Program-made: the position numbers and the translations under genes
The notes under the pieces: generated by a model
Databases searched by the model: none
What the model saw: the letters and a program-made list of their open reading frames with translations, nothing else
What the model was told of the DNA's origin: nothing
Shown here: positions 17,424 to 27,040 of the stretch, piece after piece
Numbering within the stretch: the first letter of the stretch is position 1
Layout: each line of letters opens with the position of its first letter
Source: Bdellovibrionales bacterium
GTDB taxonomy: Bacteria > Pseudomonadota > Alphaproteobacteria > UBA9219
Direction of reading: 5' to 3'
NCBI GenBank assembly: GCA_041649025.1
Contig: JBAZNY010000004.1
Span: 26,705-90,704 of the forward strand
Length of the DNA stretch: 64,000 nt

Positions 17424-18400
17424 TGAGCATAACGTCCATCAGCAATTTAAGTATTGTAAGGAACTTGACGTCAGCGCTTCAAAATCAGCAGTTATCCTTG
17501 TCCGAGCTGTCCAGCCAGCTTGCGACCCAGAAAAAACATACCGATTTGACGGATTACAGCGCCAACGATGCCCGTAATTTGATCGATCTGCAAGCCGCTG
17601 GGACACAATGCGATGCGTATATCAGCGTCATTGCAACCGCAAGCACAAATCTGTCCATTTATGACACGATCATGACGGATTTGGAGGAAATCATTTCTCA
17701 AGCGCAAAGCCTTGCAAACAACAACCCGACCTACACCGAGGACATTGCCTCAAACGTCCTTATACAAACCAATAATTATTTGAAATCCGTTACCGTCGAT
17801 CTTAATCAAACGATCAACGGGCGCTATATTCTTTCAGGATCCCGCTACAACACACAGCCCGTTCAGGATTTGTCCGCGCTTCCTTTATCTACTCTCGACA
17901 CAACCATTTATACCGATAATTTGACTTTGCCGAGTTACGATACGGAATTCGTCGAGGGCGCAGGTTCGACAAGCGCTACCGCATACACCACGGATCGGGC
18001 GATGATTGACGATGGATATATCGTCGATTATGGCATTACCAGCAACGACCCCGCTATTCAGAAGGTTGTCATGGGGCTGCGTTATCTGCAGGCGGCAGGA
18101 AATTCCACCGACACCGCGACTTATAAAAGCAACATGACCCAGGCTTCCACATTGCTGGCTTCCGGGTTGGCTCAAATCCAGAATTTACACACGAACATAG
18201 CGAACAATGTTAACGTGATGGCTATGGAAAAAGAGGCTCAAAAAACAGAAATTTCAAATTTAACGGATCGAGTCTCAAATATTCAGCAGGTTGATACGAC
18301 GGAGATCGCGATCAAAATAACCTCGTTTCAGTCCGTTCTTCAAGCTTCCTACTCTGCGACGGGAAGCATATTAAAAATGTCGATTGTAAATTATCTCTAG
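17423..18400 (+). CDS. flgL: Flagellar hook-associated protein 3 FlgL
   Basis: Flagellin-like N- and C-terminal helices; 325 aa; immediately follows flgK with TAATG overlap. Confidence 0.75.
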   Translation: MSITSISNLSIVRNLTSALQNQQLSLSELSSQLATQKKHTDLTDYSANDARNLIDLQAAGTQCDAYISVIATASTNLSIYDTIMTDLEEIISQAQSLANNNPTYTEDIASNVLIQTNNYLKSVTVDLNQTINGRYILSGSRYNTQPVQDLSALPLSTLDTTIYTDNLTLPSYDTEFVEGAGSTSATAYTTDRAMIDDGYIVDYGITSNDPAIQKVVMGLRYLQAAGNSTDTATYKSNMTQASTLLASGLAQIQNLHTNIANNVNVMAMEKEAQKTEISNLTDRVSNIQQVDTTEIAIKITSFQSVLQASYSATGSILKMSIVNYL

Positions 18401-18424
18401 TCCAATCCTTAGAAGGAGTTTATC

Positions 18425-19960
18425 ATGGAGTCTCTTCCCGGATATCAATGTTCATGGGGTTCTGGTATGAAGCCACTTTCGACTTTTAGTCCTATTTCCT
18501 TACGTTATATCGCGGCCTTACGCGGCAACAGGCCTAAAAAGACAGGAGTCGAGTTTGCCTATGCCGACGTATCCTGTTCCTCGCCTGAAAATTTTATTTG
18601 CCTTGCGGCGAGCAATCCTGAGGGACGCTTTTATGGTTTTGTACCCGACGACACAGCGCGCCAAACGGCTGAAGAAGCCGCTGCGCAACGCGGCACTTTC
18701 AATGTTATCTTTTTGACGGGAACTCCTTCTGAAATTCTGGCGCGAATTGCCAATGGTTCATCCCTGCCGCCGATGCTTGATTATTTGTGTTGCGACGAAA
18801 GCGTCACTCCCCTTATAGCCTCCGAGCGTTCCGCGCTTTTCGACCTGGCGCAGAAACGCCTTAATCCCGGAGGATTGTTTGTTTCGTCCTATCGCGCCTA
18901 CGATCGCGAAGACGGAGCTTTGCGCTTTCTTGTGCAGGAATTGGCGCCGGAGATGGATTCCGAGCAAAAACAGGATTTTCTGACCGAGATAAAAACTTTG
19001 GGGTCTACTTATTTTGCCCGGCATTCCGACACGGCAAAGGCTTTGGATCAAGCCATCGCCAAAAACGCGCCGAGGGATTTTTTCTCCCTTTATGACGGCA
19101 CGGCTGCGACATCAAAGACGTTCGATACAATGGTCGCCGCAGGATCACATGGATTACTTTATGCCGGAGATGCAATCTTGGCATCAAACTATGTCGAATT
19201 GGCAATTCCGCATGAGGCTCAGGATTTGGTCGTTTCTTGCCGCAACAGCCCTCTCTATGAACCCATCAAGGACTTTACGCTTGACCGCGCGGTTCGTCAG
19301 GATATTTGGATTAAGGCTCCTTGCGAGCAATCGGTCAGCCCCGCAGAGCTTTTTGGCGGGTTTGCCTATGGCATCGTTCTGCCGCGCGAACAAATCCCTA
19401 CCGCTTATACTGCAAAAGGAAAAACGATTGATTTGTCGAGTCCGCTTTACGACAAGCTTCTCAATCTGATGGTTCTCATGCCCATTGGCGTAGGCGATGT
19501 TCTCGTATATCCCTCCTGTCGCGGCGAAGAACCGGAAAAAATTCTCGAAGCCTTTCAGCTTCTCGTTGCGTGCGGTTTTGCAAGCCCGATGCGCGGCGTC
19601 ATGACCTCAAATAACAATTCCGATGTTTCTCAATCGCGTCTTGTCGGTAATTATAATCGCTTTCTCGATAAAACAAGCCTGACGGATCAGGATGTTTTGT
19701 TCGCCTCGCAAGTTACAGGGTGCGGCGTCGTTTTGCCTGCGCGAGAAGCCTTTGTGATGCAGGCTATTAATCGCGTGGGCCTTAACGACTCGGTCGCGGC
19801 TCTTATGATGGAATTGCAACGCATCGCCCATACGCCTGCCGCGTTATCCATTATTGAAACCGAAGAGCCAACGGCAGAAATTGCGCATGCGATGATTATC
19901 GATATTGTCGGAAAATCGTTGCCCCAGTGGTACGCCTATGCCCTTTTGGAGGCCGCCTGA
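18425..19960 (+). CDS. Methyltransferase-like protein with C-terminal regulatory-type domain (511 aa); motif I appears degenerate
   Basis: AGGAG SD. Motif-III-like RLNPGGLFVSS is present but there is no GxGxG. Overall architecture recalls MTase plus MTase-regulatory-domain proteins. Position right after flgL suggests flagellar modification. Confidence 0.45.
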   Translation: MESLPGYQCSWGSGMKPLSTFSPISLRYIAALRGNRPKKTGVEFAYADVSCSSPENFICLAASNPEGRFYGFVPDDTARQTAEEAAAQRGTFNVIFLTGTPSEILARIANGSSLPPMLDYLCCDESVTPLIASERSALFDLAQKRLNPGGLFVSSYRAYDREDGALRFLVQELAPEMDSEQKQDFLTEIKTLGSTYFARHSDTAKALDQAIAKNAPRDFFSLYDGTAATSKTFDTMVAAGSHGLLYAGDAILASNYVELAIPHEAQDLVVSCRNSPLYEPIKDFTLDRAVRQDIWIKAPCEQSVSPAELFGGFAYGIVLPREQIPTAYTAKGKTIDLSSPLYDKLLNLMVLMPIGVGDVLVYPSCRGEEPEKILEAFQLLVACGFASPMRGVMTSNNNSDVSQSRLVGNYNRFLDKTSLTDQDVLFASQVTGCGVVLPAREAFVMQAINRVGLNDSVAALMMELQRIAHTPAALSIIETEEPTAEIAHAMIIDIVGKSLPQWYAYALLEAA

Positions 19961-21540
19961 GCCAGAACTTTCAGGAATTAGCAGGTAAAGCAGCACGAGC
20001 TCACGCTCAAGGAAAGCTCGATCTCGCGGCGGGGCTTTGCCGCGAGATTCTTTCGGGCGAGCCGCATGATCCTAACGCTCTCCATATGTTGGGCATCATC
20101 GCGCAACAAGAAGGAAAATCAGAACTCGCGTTGCAATGGATCGACGCCGCTCTGACGGCAAAACCTAATTTTCTTGAGGCGCGGTATAATCGCAGCGTCA
20201 TTTTGCGCGCCCTTCAACGCAATGCCGAAGCTCTCCAATCCATTCGCAAAATACTGGAAGCCGCGCCGGATTTTGCCGTAGCCTGGGATATGGCCGGACA
20301 AATTCTCAAAGATGACGGCGCTTTTGCCGAGGCTACCAAATGCTATACCCGCGCGGTGAATTTTCAGCCAAATAACGCCAATTTTCTTGGCAATTTCGGC
20401 TTATTGCTTTTCTCGCAGGGGGATTTGTCTGCCGCCTATAAAATGGCGCGTAAAGCTGAAACCCTTGATCCTTCCTATCCGCCCATGCTGTTAGGCAATA
20501 TTCTGAGGGCATGGGGTCATCCGGAAGAAGCTGCAGTTTGTTTTGCTCGCGTTCACACTTTGCTACCCCATTTTGCCGACGCCTATGCCAGCGAAGCCAT
20601 GGCACGTTTACAAATGGGAGATATTGAAGAAGGATTCGCCTTATGGGAAAAGCGCCCCGATCTTTCTTCGGATCCGAGCAAACTGCCCTTATGGCAGGGA
20701 CAGAAAGTTTCTGCTCTTATGCTCTACGAAGATCAGGGTCTGGGCGACGCCATTCAGTATCTTCGCTATATCCCCTTGCTTAAAAAACGCGCGGATTATT
20801 TAACTTTGCGTTTGAGAGAACCCCTTGTGGATTTATGCGAAATAAATTTTCCGGATGTCGGCGTTTTCCGGGAAAATGAGATGGAACCTTTGGCTGAAGC
20901 GCGGTGCCGCCTGTCAAGTCTGCCTTTCTTTTTTGAAACCCGTCTGCATAACATTCCTCCCGCACCTTATCTTACGGCACCTAAGGGAAATCCATGGCGC
21001 GATCGACTATACAAGATTCCTTCTCCGCGCATCGGCCTTGTCTGGGCAGGCAACGCGAAATTCGGCAACGACGCGACGCGTTCTATCGATTTTTCCACTT
21101 TGAATCCCCTGCTTTCCTGCGGGGCGGCACATTTTGTGTCTCTTCAAAAAGACCGTTCCGACAACCCTTCGGCACCCGGTATCTTTGACGCCGCCTCGCA
21201 ACTGGACAATTTTGCCGATACCGCCGCGCTCATCGATGAGCTTGATCTCGTCATTACCGTCGATACGGCAACCGCCCATTTGGCCGGTGCTTTGGGTAAA
21301 CCTGTTTTCGTTCTACTGCCCTTTAACGGCGATTGGCGCTGGCTTTTGGAACGCGAAGATAGTCCTTGGTACGGCACGGCACGATTGTTTCGCCAGAAAA
21401 AACTCGGCGATTGGGGCGATGTACTTGCCCGGGTATCCATTGAAGTTCAAAAGTTTATCGATGGAGACAGAAGCGTTCTGAAGGCTTCCCCCTGGAAAGG
21501 CAAAAATTTGCGTCAAAACCCGAACGCGGTGCCGATATAA
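19927..21540 (+). CDS. TPR-repeat protein fused to a GT9-family (heptosyltransferase-fold) glycosyltransferase domain; FlmG-like candidate flagellin glycosyltransferase
   Basis: N-terminal TPR repeats; C-terminal domain with GLGDAIQYLRYIPLL and VITVDTATAHLAGALGKPVFVLLPF, paralleling the GNDSGLMHLAAALGVP motif of the GT9 fragment at 1-246. Confidence 0.6.
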   Translation: MVRLCPFGGRLSQNFQELAGKAARAHAQGKLDLAAGLCREILSGEPHDPNALHMLGIIAQQEGKSELALQWIDAALTAKPNFLEARYNRSVILRALQRNAEALQSIRKILEAAPDFAVAWDMAGQILKDDGAFAEATKCYTRAVNFQPNNANFLGNFGLLLFSQGDLSAAYKMARKAETLDPSYPPMLLGNILRAWGHPEEAAVCFARVHTLLPHFADAYASEAMARLQMGDIEEGFALWEKRPDLSSDPSKLPLWQGQKVSALMLYEDQGLGDAIQYLRYIPLLKKRADYLTLRLREPLVDLCEINFPDVGVFRENEMEPLAEARCRLSSLPFFFETRLHNIPPAPYLTAPKGNPWRDRLYKIPSPRIGLVWAGNAKFGNDATRSIDFSTLNPLLSCGAAHFVSLQKDRSDNPSAPGIFDAASQLDNFADTAALIDELDLVITVDTATAHLAGALGKPVFVLLPFNGDWRWLLEREDSPWYGTARLFRQKKLGDWGDVLARVSIEVQKFIDGDRSVLKASPWKGKNLRQNPNAVPI

Positions 21541-21624
21541 TCTTCTTCCCTCTCTTGCGAAGGGCGTCATAAACGATGTATAAATTCGTAAGCTCTCTTT
21601 GCATCCACAATCGAGGATAGTTCC

Positions 21625-21948
21625 ATGTCTCATACATCGATGATTATTAGCGGCCTCATTCTCGTCGCTCTGGTACTCTTCGTTTCGCCCAGCATAATCG
21701 CGATCAATCGCGGCCGCATTTTGCGCAATGTTGCTTTGTGGCTTGCCCTCTTTCTCGGTTTGGCGCTGTTCTATCAAACTTTCGGGCCTGACAGTCCCCG
21801 TCCGTTGTTTCAGTTGCCTGACTCGATGGTGGGAATGGGCGAACAAGCCAAACCCTCCACGGATGTTCCCGACGCTGCGAATACCAAAGAAGACAACAAG
21901 AACAACGTCGATACCGGAGAGACCGGCTTTACGCCTCCGAAAGAGTAG
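21625..21948 (+). CDS. Small membrane protein (two predicted TM helices)
   Basis: GAGGA SD; hydrophobic segments IISGLILVALVLFV and VALWLALFLGLALF; the antisense ORF 21313-21957 is considered a shadow. Confidence 0.45.
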   Translation: MSHTSMIISGLILVALVLFVSPSIIAINRGRILRNVALWLALFLGLALFYQTFGPDSPRPLFQLPDSMVGMGEQAKPSTDVPDAANTKEDNKNNVDTGETGFTPPKE

Positions 21949-22681
21949 CGTTCGCATCTCTTGTTTTCATAAGACCGAAAAGCTCATCGGCAGCTTTACG
22001 CACGGCCACGCTGTCCGTTCCGCGCGCGACAAGAGCCGTGCCGAACTTCTCCTTCCGCATCCAAGGATAGGATCCTATGTCGATATTGGAATAGCGCGCC
22101 GCAAGAGCGCGAAGGTCGTCAGCAATATCGCTCTCGGCAACAAATCCGGAAACGGTTACGCTGTACATCGCAGGACCATGGCGCAAGCTTGATGTTACGC
22201 TGTCCATCATGCTTTGCATGATTTCGGGAACGCCCGCCAACATATAAACGTTATCGATTTTCATCCCCGGCACCGAACTAATGGGATTCTCAATCAACGT
22301 CGCCCCCTCGGGCACGCGCGCCATGCGTAAACGCGCGGGCGTTAAATTATTCTCTCCAAAATGAGCCGCAAGAAGAACCCGCGCCCCCGGATGTTCAATA
22401 ACCGAAACGCCAAAGGCAGCAGCGACGGCATCAACCGAAATATCATCATGCGTCGATCCTATGCCTCCCGTCGTAAACACGTAAGTATAGCATTTCCGAA
22501 GCGGATTTAAGGCGCTGACAATATCCGCCTCAATGTCGGAAACGACGCGAACTTCTTTAAGGGGAATGCCTACCCCACCTAGTTTTTTCGCAATATAGTT
22601 TAAATTGGCGTCTTGCGTACGTCCCGACAATATTTCATTGCCGATAATAAGAAGCGCAGCCGTGGGATTGGGGGGCGTCAT
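21929..22681 (-). CDS. CinA-like molybdopterin-binding (MoCF-biosynthesis fold) domain protein
   Basis: ALLIIGNEILSGRTQDANLNYIAKKL..FTTGGIGSTHDDI is the CinA N-terminal domain signature. Confidence 0.85.
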   Translation of the reverse strand: MTPPNPTAALLIIGNEILSGRTQDANLNYIAKKLGGVGIPLKEVRVVSDIEADIVSALNPLRKCYTYVFTTGGIGSTHDDISVDAVAAAFGVSVIEHPGARVLLAAHFGENNLTPARLRMARVPEGATLIENPISSVPGMKIDNVYMLAGVPEIMQSMMDSVTSSLRHGPAMYSVTVSGFVAESDIADDLRALAARYSNIDIGSYPWMRKEKFGTALVARGTDSVAVRKAADELFGLMKTRDANATLSEA

Positions 22682-23262
22682 TTTTCAGGTTTTTCTTTTG
22701 GCGGCGCAACATTGATTTTGGGCATTTTTTGGTCGAGCCGCTTCAAAACCTCGTCGGTAATATCCAACGGCTGATCCGTCCATAAAGCCTGTTGTTTAAC
22801 AATGACCAGGTTTGCCCCCCGTTCATGCGCGACCTCGCTGACAACGTCCAAGAGAGCGTTTTTCACGGCGCTCATGGCGTCAGCATAGGACTGATCCAAA
22901 ACTTTACGGCGGGCCGATACGTGTTTTTCAACGGTCGAAAAACGCTGGCGCAATTGTTGTTCGCGCTCCGAATAGGCTTGGGCTGTAAGTTGGTTGCGCT
23001 GACTGGAAAGCTCCTGCTCGGCTTGCCGCAGGCTGTTTTCTTCTTTTCCAATTTCATTCTGAAATTTTGAACGTTGTGTCTCCAGCTGTTTCTGAACGCT
23101 TTTCGACGCCGCAGATTCCTGCAGTATTCTCTGCACATCGACAATGGCAATCACGGGCGAAGGCATCTTGGCGGCCGTATCCGCATAGGCCGTCATTGCC
23201 AAAACAAAAAAACACCCAAGAGATAGGGCTAAAAATCCAAAAAGCCGTCCGCGTTTCATCAT
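22678..23262 (-). CDS. skp: OmpH/Skp-family periplasmic chaperone
   Basis: Signal peptide, IAIVDVQRIL start of mature protein, long coiled-coil; 194 aa. Confidence 0.75.
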   Translation of the reverse strand: MMKRGRLFGFLALSLGCFFVLAMTAYADTAAKMPSPVIAIVDVQRILQESAASKSVQKQLETQRSKFQNEIGKEENSLRQAEQELSSQRNQLTAQAYSEREQQLRQRFSTVEKHVSARRKVLDQSYADAMSAVKNALLDVVSEVAHERGANLVIVKQQALWTDQPLDITDEVLKRLDQKMPKINVAPPKEKPEK

Positions 23263-24581
23263 TCTTCATCCTCCATCGGTATGAGGCAGGGATACTCCGT
23301 CACTGTCGGCACTTCGGCGATTTTCATCGCTGCGCGGCGCGCAGCTTCTGCATCACCCGCATGAATCGTTATGACAACCGGCACCGAATCCATCTGCGAT
23401 CTGCCGCGCTGAATCAACGATTCAAAAGAAAGGGCCTCGTCACGCATAATACCTGCGATGTCTGCTACAACGCCAGGCTTGTCTTGAACCAAAAGGCGCA
23501 TATAATAACGCATCGGCGGCGGTTTACCCGATTTAAGAACACGCAATTGTGCCGCAGGCATAGAGAAGGCGTAGACCTTCGCTCCCCGGGCAATATCAAT
23601 AATGTCCGCCGTCACGGCATTAGCCGTCGGCTCGCCTCCCGCCCCCTTTCCCACAAGCATCACGGGGCCTACGCGACGTCCATACAAAAAAACGCCATTA
23701 AGCGTTCCATTCACGCTCGCAAGGGGGGATTTTTTGGAAACAAGCATCGGCCCAACATTCTGCTCAACCCCTTCTTGTGTCCGCTTTGCCGTACCCAAAA
23801 GCTTGATGCGATAACCAAGCTCTTCCGCATATTGAAGGTCGGATAACAAAATTTTCCGTATTCCTTCCACGCGTATGGAAGAGGTATCCGGCTTTACGCC
23901 AAAAGCCAGTGACGTCAGGATAGCCAGCTTGTTTGCCGTGTCAAAGCCATCAATGTCGGCGGCAGGATCGGCTTCGGCATATCCTTGTTTTTGCGCATCG
24001 GACAGAACCGCAGCAAAGGAAAGCTTTTCCGCCTGCATTCGCGTCAGGATGTAATTGCACGTTCCATTCAAAATGCCGGATACCCTATCGATCTCGTCGC
24101 CCGCAAAACCTTCGCGCAGCGTCTTGATAACGGGAATTCCGCCAGCTACTGCTGCTTCGAAAGATAATTGAACGTTGTTTTTTTCCGACAGCGCCGCAAG
24201 CGCAGGGCCGTGTTTGGCTATCAACGCCTTGTTTGCCGTTACAAAATGCTTGCCGCTCGAAAGGGAAGCTTCGGCCAGATCACGAGCCGCGCCTTCGGCT
24301 CCGCCCATAAGTTCGACAACAACATCGACGCCGGAAAGAGAGGCAAGCCCGCGCGGATTGTCAATCCATTCGATACCCGATAAATCGCACTCGCGTTTGC
24401 GCGATTTATCTCGTGCGCTGACAGCCTTGATCACAACAGGCATCCCCGTCCGGGATGTTATCAAATCGGCATTTTGTCGCAATTGGCGCACCAACGCGGT
24501 ACCGACATTTCCCAACCCTGCAATCGCAATTTTCAGCATTTCAGCCCCAATTCCATTACTTAACTTAGGACCTATTTTCAA
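23259..24581 (-). CDS. hom: Homoserine dehydrogenase
   Basis: IAIAGLGNVG NAD(P)-binding motif, NGTCNYIL catalytic region, C-terminal ACT domain; alternative start ATG at 24539. Confidence 0.9.
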   Translation of the reverse strand: MKIGPKLSNGIGAEMLKIAIAGLGNVGTALVRQLRQNADLITSRTGMPVVIKAVSARDKSRKRECDLSGIEWIDNPRGLASLSGVDVVVELMGGAEGAARDLAEASLSSGKHFVTANKALIAKHGPALAALSEKNNVQLSFEAAVAGGIPVIKTLREGFAGDEIDRVSGILNGTCNYILTRMQAEKLSFAAVLSDAQKQGYAEADPAADIDGFDTANKLAILTSLAFGVKPDTSSIRVEGIRKILLSDLQYAEELGYRIKLLGTAKRTQEGVEQNVGPMLVSKKSPLASVNGTLNGVFLYGRRVGPVMLVGKGAGGEPTANAVTADIIDIARGAKVYAFSMPAAQLRVLKSGKPPPMRYYMRLLVQDKPGVVADIAGIMRDEALSFESLIQRGRSQMDSVPVVITIHAGDAEAARRAAMKIAEVPTVTEYPCLIPMEDEE

Positions 24582-24603
24582 TTAAGCAAGCTTGGGAATA
24601 CGC

Positions 24604-26910
24604 TTAAAATTTTGTGCCAAAGCTGAAGTGTATGTTTTGGAGCTTATCATAGGATTTATATAAAACAGGCTTGGCGTAATCCAAACGAATGGGACCAAAG
24701 GGCGAGTCCCACGTCAAGCCGACGCCGATGCTCAAGTGCAGGCTCTCGTCGTTGGTAATTGTGCTTCCCGCAATTTGAGTCTGGTCGGATTTTCCCAATA
24801 TGCCTGCATCGGAAAATATATGCGCTTTGAAACCAAATTCCGGAGATACCGGCACCGGCATCGACAAATCTACCGAACCGCGAACAAACCGCGTACCGCC
24901 CAAAGAATCCTGATAAACACTTGTCATGTCGCGAGAACCGATGCCCGCATATTCAAAACCACGCAGGTTGTCGCCGCCTAAATTGAAGCGTTCGTTAATC
25001 TTCGTCTCGCCGGTAAGCGCCCAAATTTGTCCTACTTCTGCCGTTCCGCTCAGAATCCAGTTATCGGTTATAGGATAGTATTGCGTGCCCCCAAGCTTTG
25101 CGCGCACCCACTTGCGTGACCCCCCAAGCCCCGCCACGTCGGTATCAAAGTGGGTTAGAAAACCCAAAGTCGGATTGAGCTTGCTGTCGCGCGTATCGTA
25201 AACGAGCGATTGGCCTATTGATGACGTTGTTGCCGTTCCCTCCTGATCTTTAACATAGAGCGACGCTGACGAAGGGACATTGGTAATTTCATCGGCATGG
25301 AAACTGTAATTCAGTTTCTGGCGTATTTCCTCGGATAACGGATAGCTCATACGCAACGTCGTTCCGGCGCTGTTAATGTCGTAAGAACTTAAATCCTGAT
25401 TATCGGTCCGCGTCGCAAATAAATCGACGCCTGCCGACAAGTTACGATCAAGAAAATAGGGTTCCGTAAAGCTGGTATCGATTTGCTTCGTGCGTCCGGA
25501 AACGGTAGCCCCCAAACGCAAATCCTGTCCCCGCCCCATGAAGTTATGCTGGCTGATGCTAAAGCTTCCCAAGGGGCCATCGGTCGATGAATAGCCCGCG
25601 CCGATCATAGCCTCGCCTGTCGATTTTTCCTTTAGATCAACTTTTATATTAGCGCGATCCGGTTGAGCCCCATCGACGGGGGTTACCTTAACCTCCGAGA
25701 AGAAACCTAGATCCTTTAACTTCTGTTCCGATTTGTGTACCGCCGAGCTGTTGTATGGGTCGTTTTCGGCCAACTGCATTTCTCGGCGAACAACTTTATC
25801 GATTGTGCTTGTATTGCCATTGATATCGATACGTCCGACATAAACTCGTTGACCTTGTTTAACGATATAGTTCAGGTCAACAACCCGCGTTTCTTTGCGG
25901 CGGTCTGCGTTAGGCATGACAGAAGCAAAGGCGTATTGGCGATCGCCCAAGGCCGCCATCAATTTCGTAACCGATTTTTCGATTCCGTCCGCGTTATAGC
26001 GTTGCCCTTCTTTTGTAAACAAATACTGGCTCAGTGTTTTGCTGTCCAACCCTTTGATTTCGCTTGTAACGGCAACTTTTCCGAATTTGTATCGAGGGCC
26101 TTCTTCAACCGAAAAGGTAACAAAGAAATCATCGTGACCCGGCGTTAACTCCGCAACGGCCGACAAAACACGAAAATCAACATATCCTTCGTTAAGATAA
26201 AATTTTCTCAATAACTCCTTATCGTAACCCATGCGGTCCGGATCGTAGTAATCGGACGAAGAGAAAACCCGCCACCACGCGCTTTCGCGCGTACTGATGG
26301 CATCGCGCAATTCACCCTCGGAGAAATGCTCGTTCCCGACAAACCTAATATTTCGGATGCCCGTGCGCACACCTTCGATGATTTCAAAAACAAGATCGAC
26401 GCGATTTTGTTCAAGCTTCACAATTTTGGGCTCGACAGTCGCGGCAAAACGTCCCGAGCGGCGATAGAGATCGAGAATTCTCTGAACATCGCGTTCAACG
26501 CGCGGAAGAGTATAAACCATGCGCGATTTAAGCTGGACTTCCTTTTCCAAATCCTCTTTAGAAATCGCGTCGTTGCCTTCGAAAGCCACGCGATTAAGAA
26601 TGGCGTTCTCTTCAACCTCGACGACCAACGTATTGGCCTGCATCGCAAGAGACACATCGGCAAAAAGCCCCGTCGCATAAAGCGCCTTTAAGGCAGCATC
26701 GAGCTTTTCGGGAGTCGCTTCGTCGCCTTTGGCAAGGCTCAGGTAAGAAATAACCGTTTCGGGCTCGAGGCGCTGAATACCCTCGACGCGGATGTCACCG
26801 ATTTTTGGAAACGACGGGGGCATAAAAGCTGCGGCTTGCCCCGCGCAAAGGCAAAACAAAACCCCGCATCCGAGAACCACCCGCAAATAACGCGCTAAAC
26901 GTCCGACCAT
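24604..26910 (-). CDS. bamA: Outer membrane protein assembly factor BamA
   Basis: 768 aa; signal peptide, POTRA repeats, C-terminal beta-barrel ending ...SFGTKF. Confidence 0.92.
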   Translation of the reverse strand: MVGRLARYLRVVLGCGVLFCLCAGQAAAFMPPSFPKIGDIRVEGIQRLEPETVISYLSLAKGDEATPEKLDAALKALYATGLFADVSLAMQANTLVVEVEENAILNRVAFEGNDAISKEDLEKEVQLKSRMVYTLPRVERDVQRILDLYRRSGRFAATVEPKIVKLEQNRVDLVFEIIEGVRTGIRNIRFVGNEHFSEGELRDAISTRESAWWRVFSSSDYYDPDRMGYDKELLRKFYLNEGYVDFRVLSAVAELTPGHDDFFVTFSVEEGPRYKFGKVAVTSEIKGLDSKTLSQYLFTKEGQRYNADGIEKSVTKLMAALGDRQYAFASVMPNADRRKETRVVDLNYIVKQGQRVYVGRIDINGNTSTIDKVVRREMQLAENDPYNSSAVHKSEQKLKDLGFFSEVKVTPVDGAQPDRANIKVDLKEKSTGEAMIGAGYSSTDGPLGSFSISQHNFMGRGQDLRLGATVSGRTKQIDTSFTEPYFLDRNLSAGVDLFATRTDNQDLSSYDINSAGTTLRMSYPLSEEIRQKLNYSFHADEITNVPSSASLYVKDQEGTATTSSIGQSLVYDTRDSKLNPTLGFLTHFDTDVAGLGGSRKWVRAKLGGTQYYPITDNWILSGTAEVGQIWALTGETKINERFNLGGDNLRGFEYAGIGSRDMTSVYQDSLGGTRFVRGSVDLSMPVPVSPEFGFKAHIFSDAGILGKSDQTQIAGSTITNDESLHLSIGVGLTWDSPFGPIRLDYAKPVLYKSYDKLQNIHFSFGTKF

Positions 26911-27040
26911 TAATAAGAAATCCCGAGTTGAATCAATCCGGCGGACAGGTTAAGAGATAAGAGAATGCTGTACAAGATATTTTAGTTGGCTTTTGGGGAA
27001 GCCTTTCTCCTTATTCCCTTGAATGTTTTGGTGCCTTCCC

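Noticed and set aside
22678-26910. Expected bamA-skp-lpxD-fabZ-lpxA cluster
   Set aside because: The gene between bamA and skp is clearly homoserine dehydrogenase (GLGNVG, ACT domain), not lpxD. No hexapeptide-repeat acyltransferase is present here.
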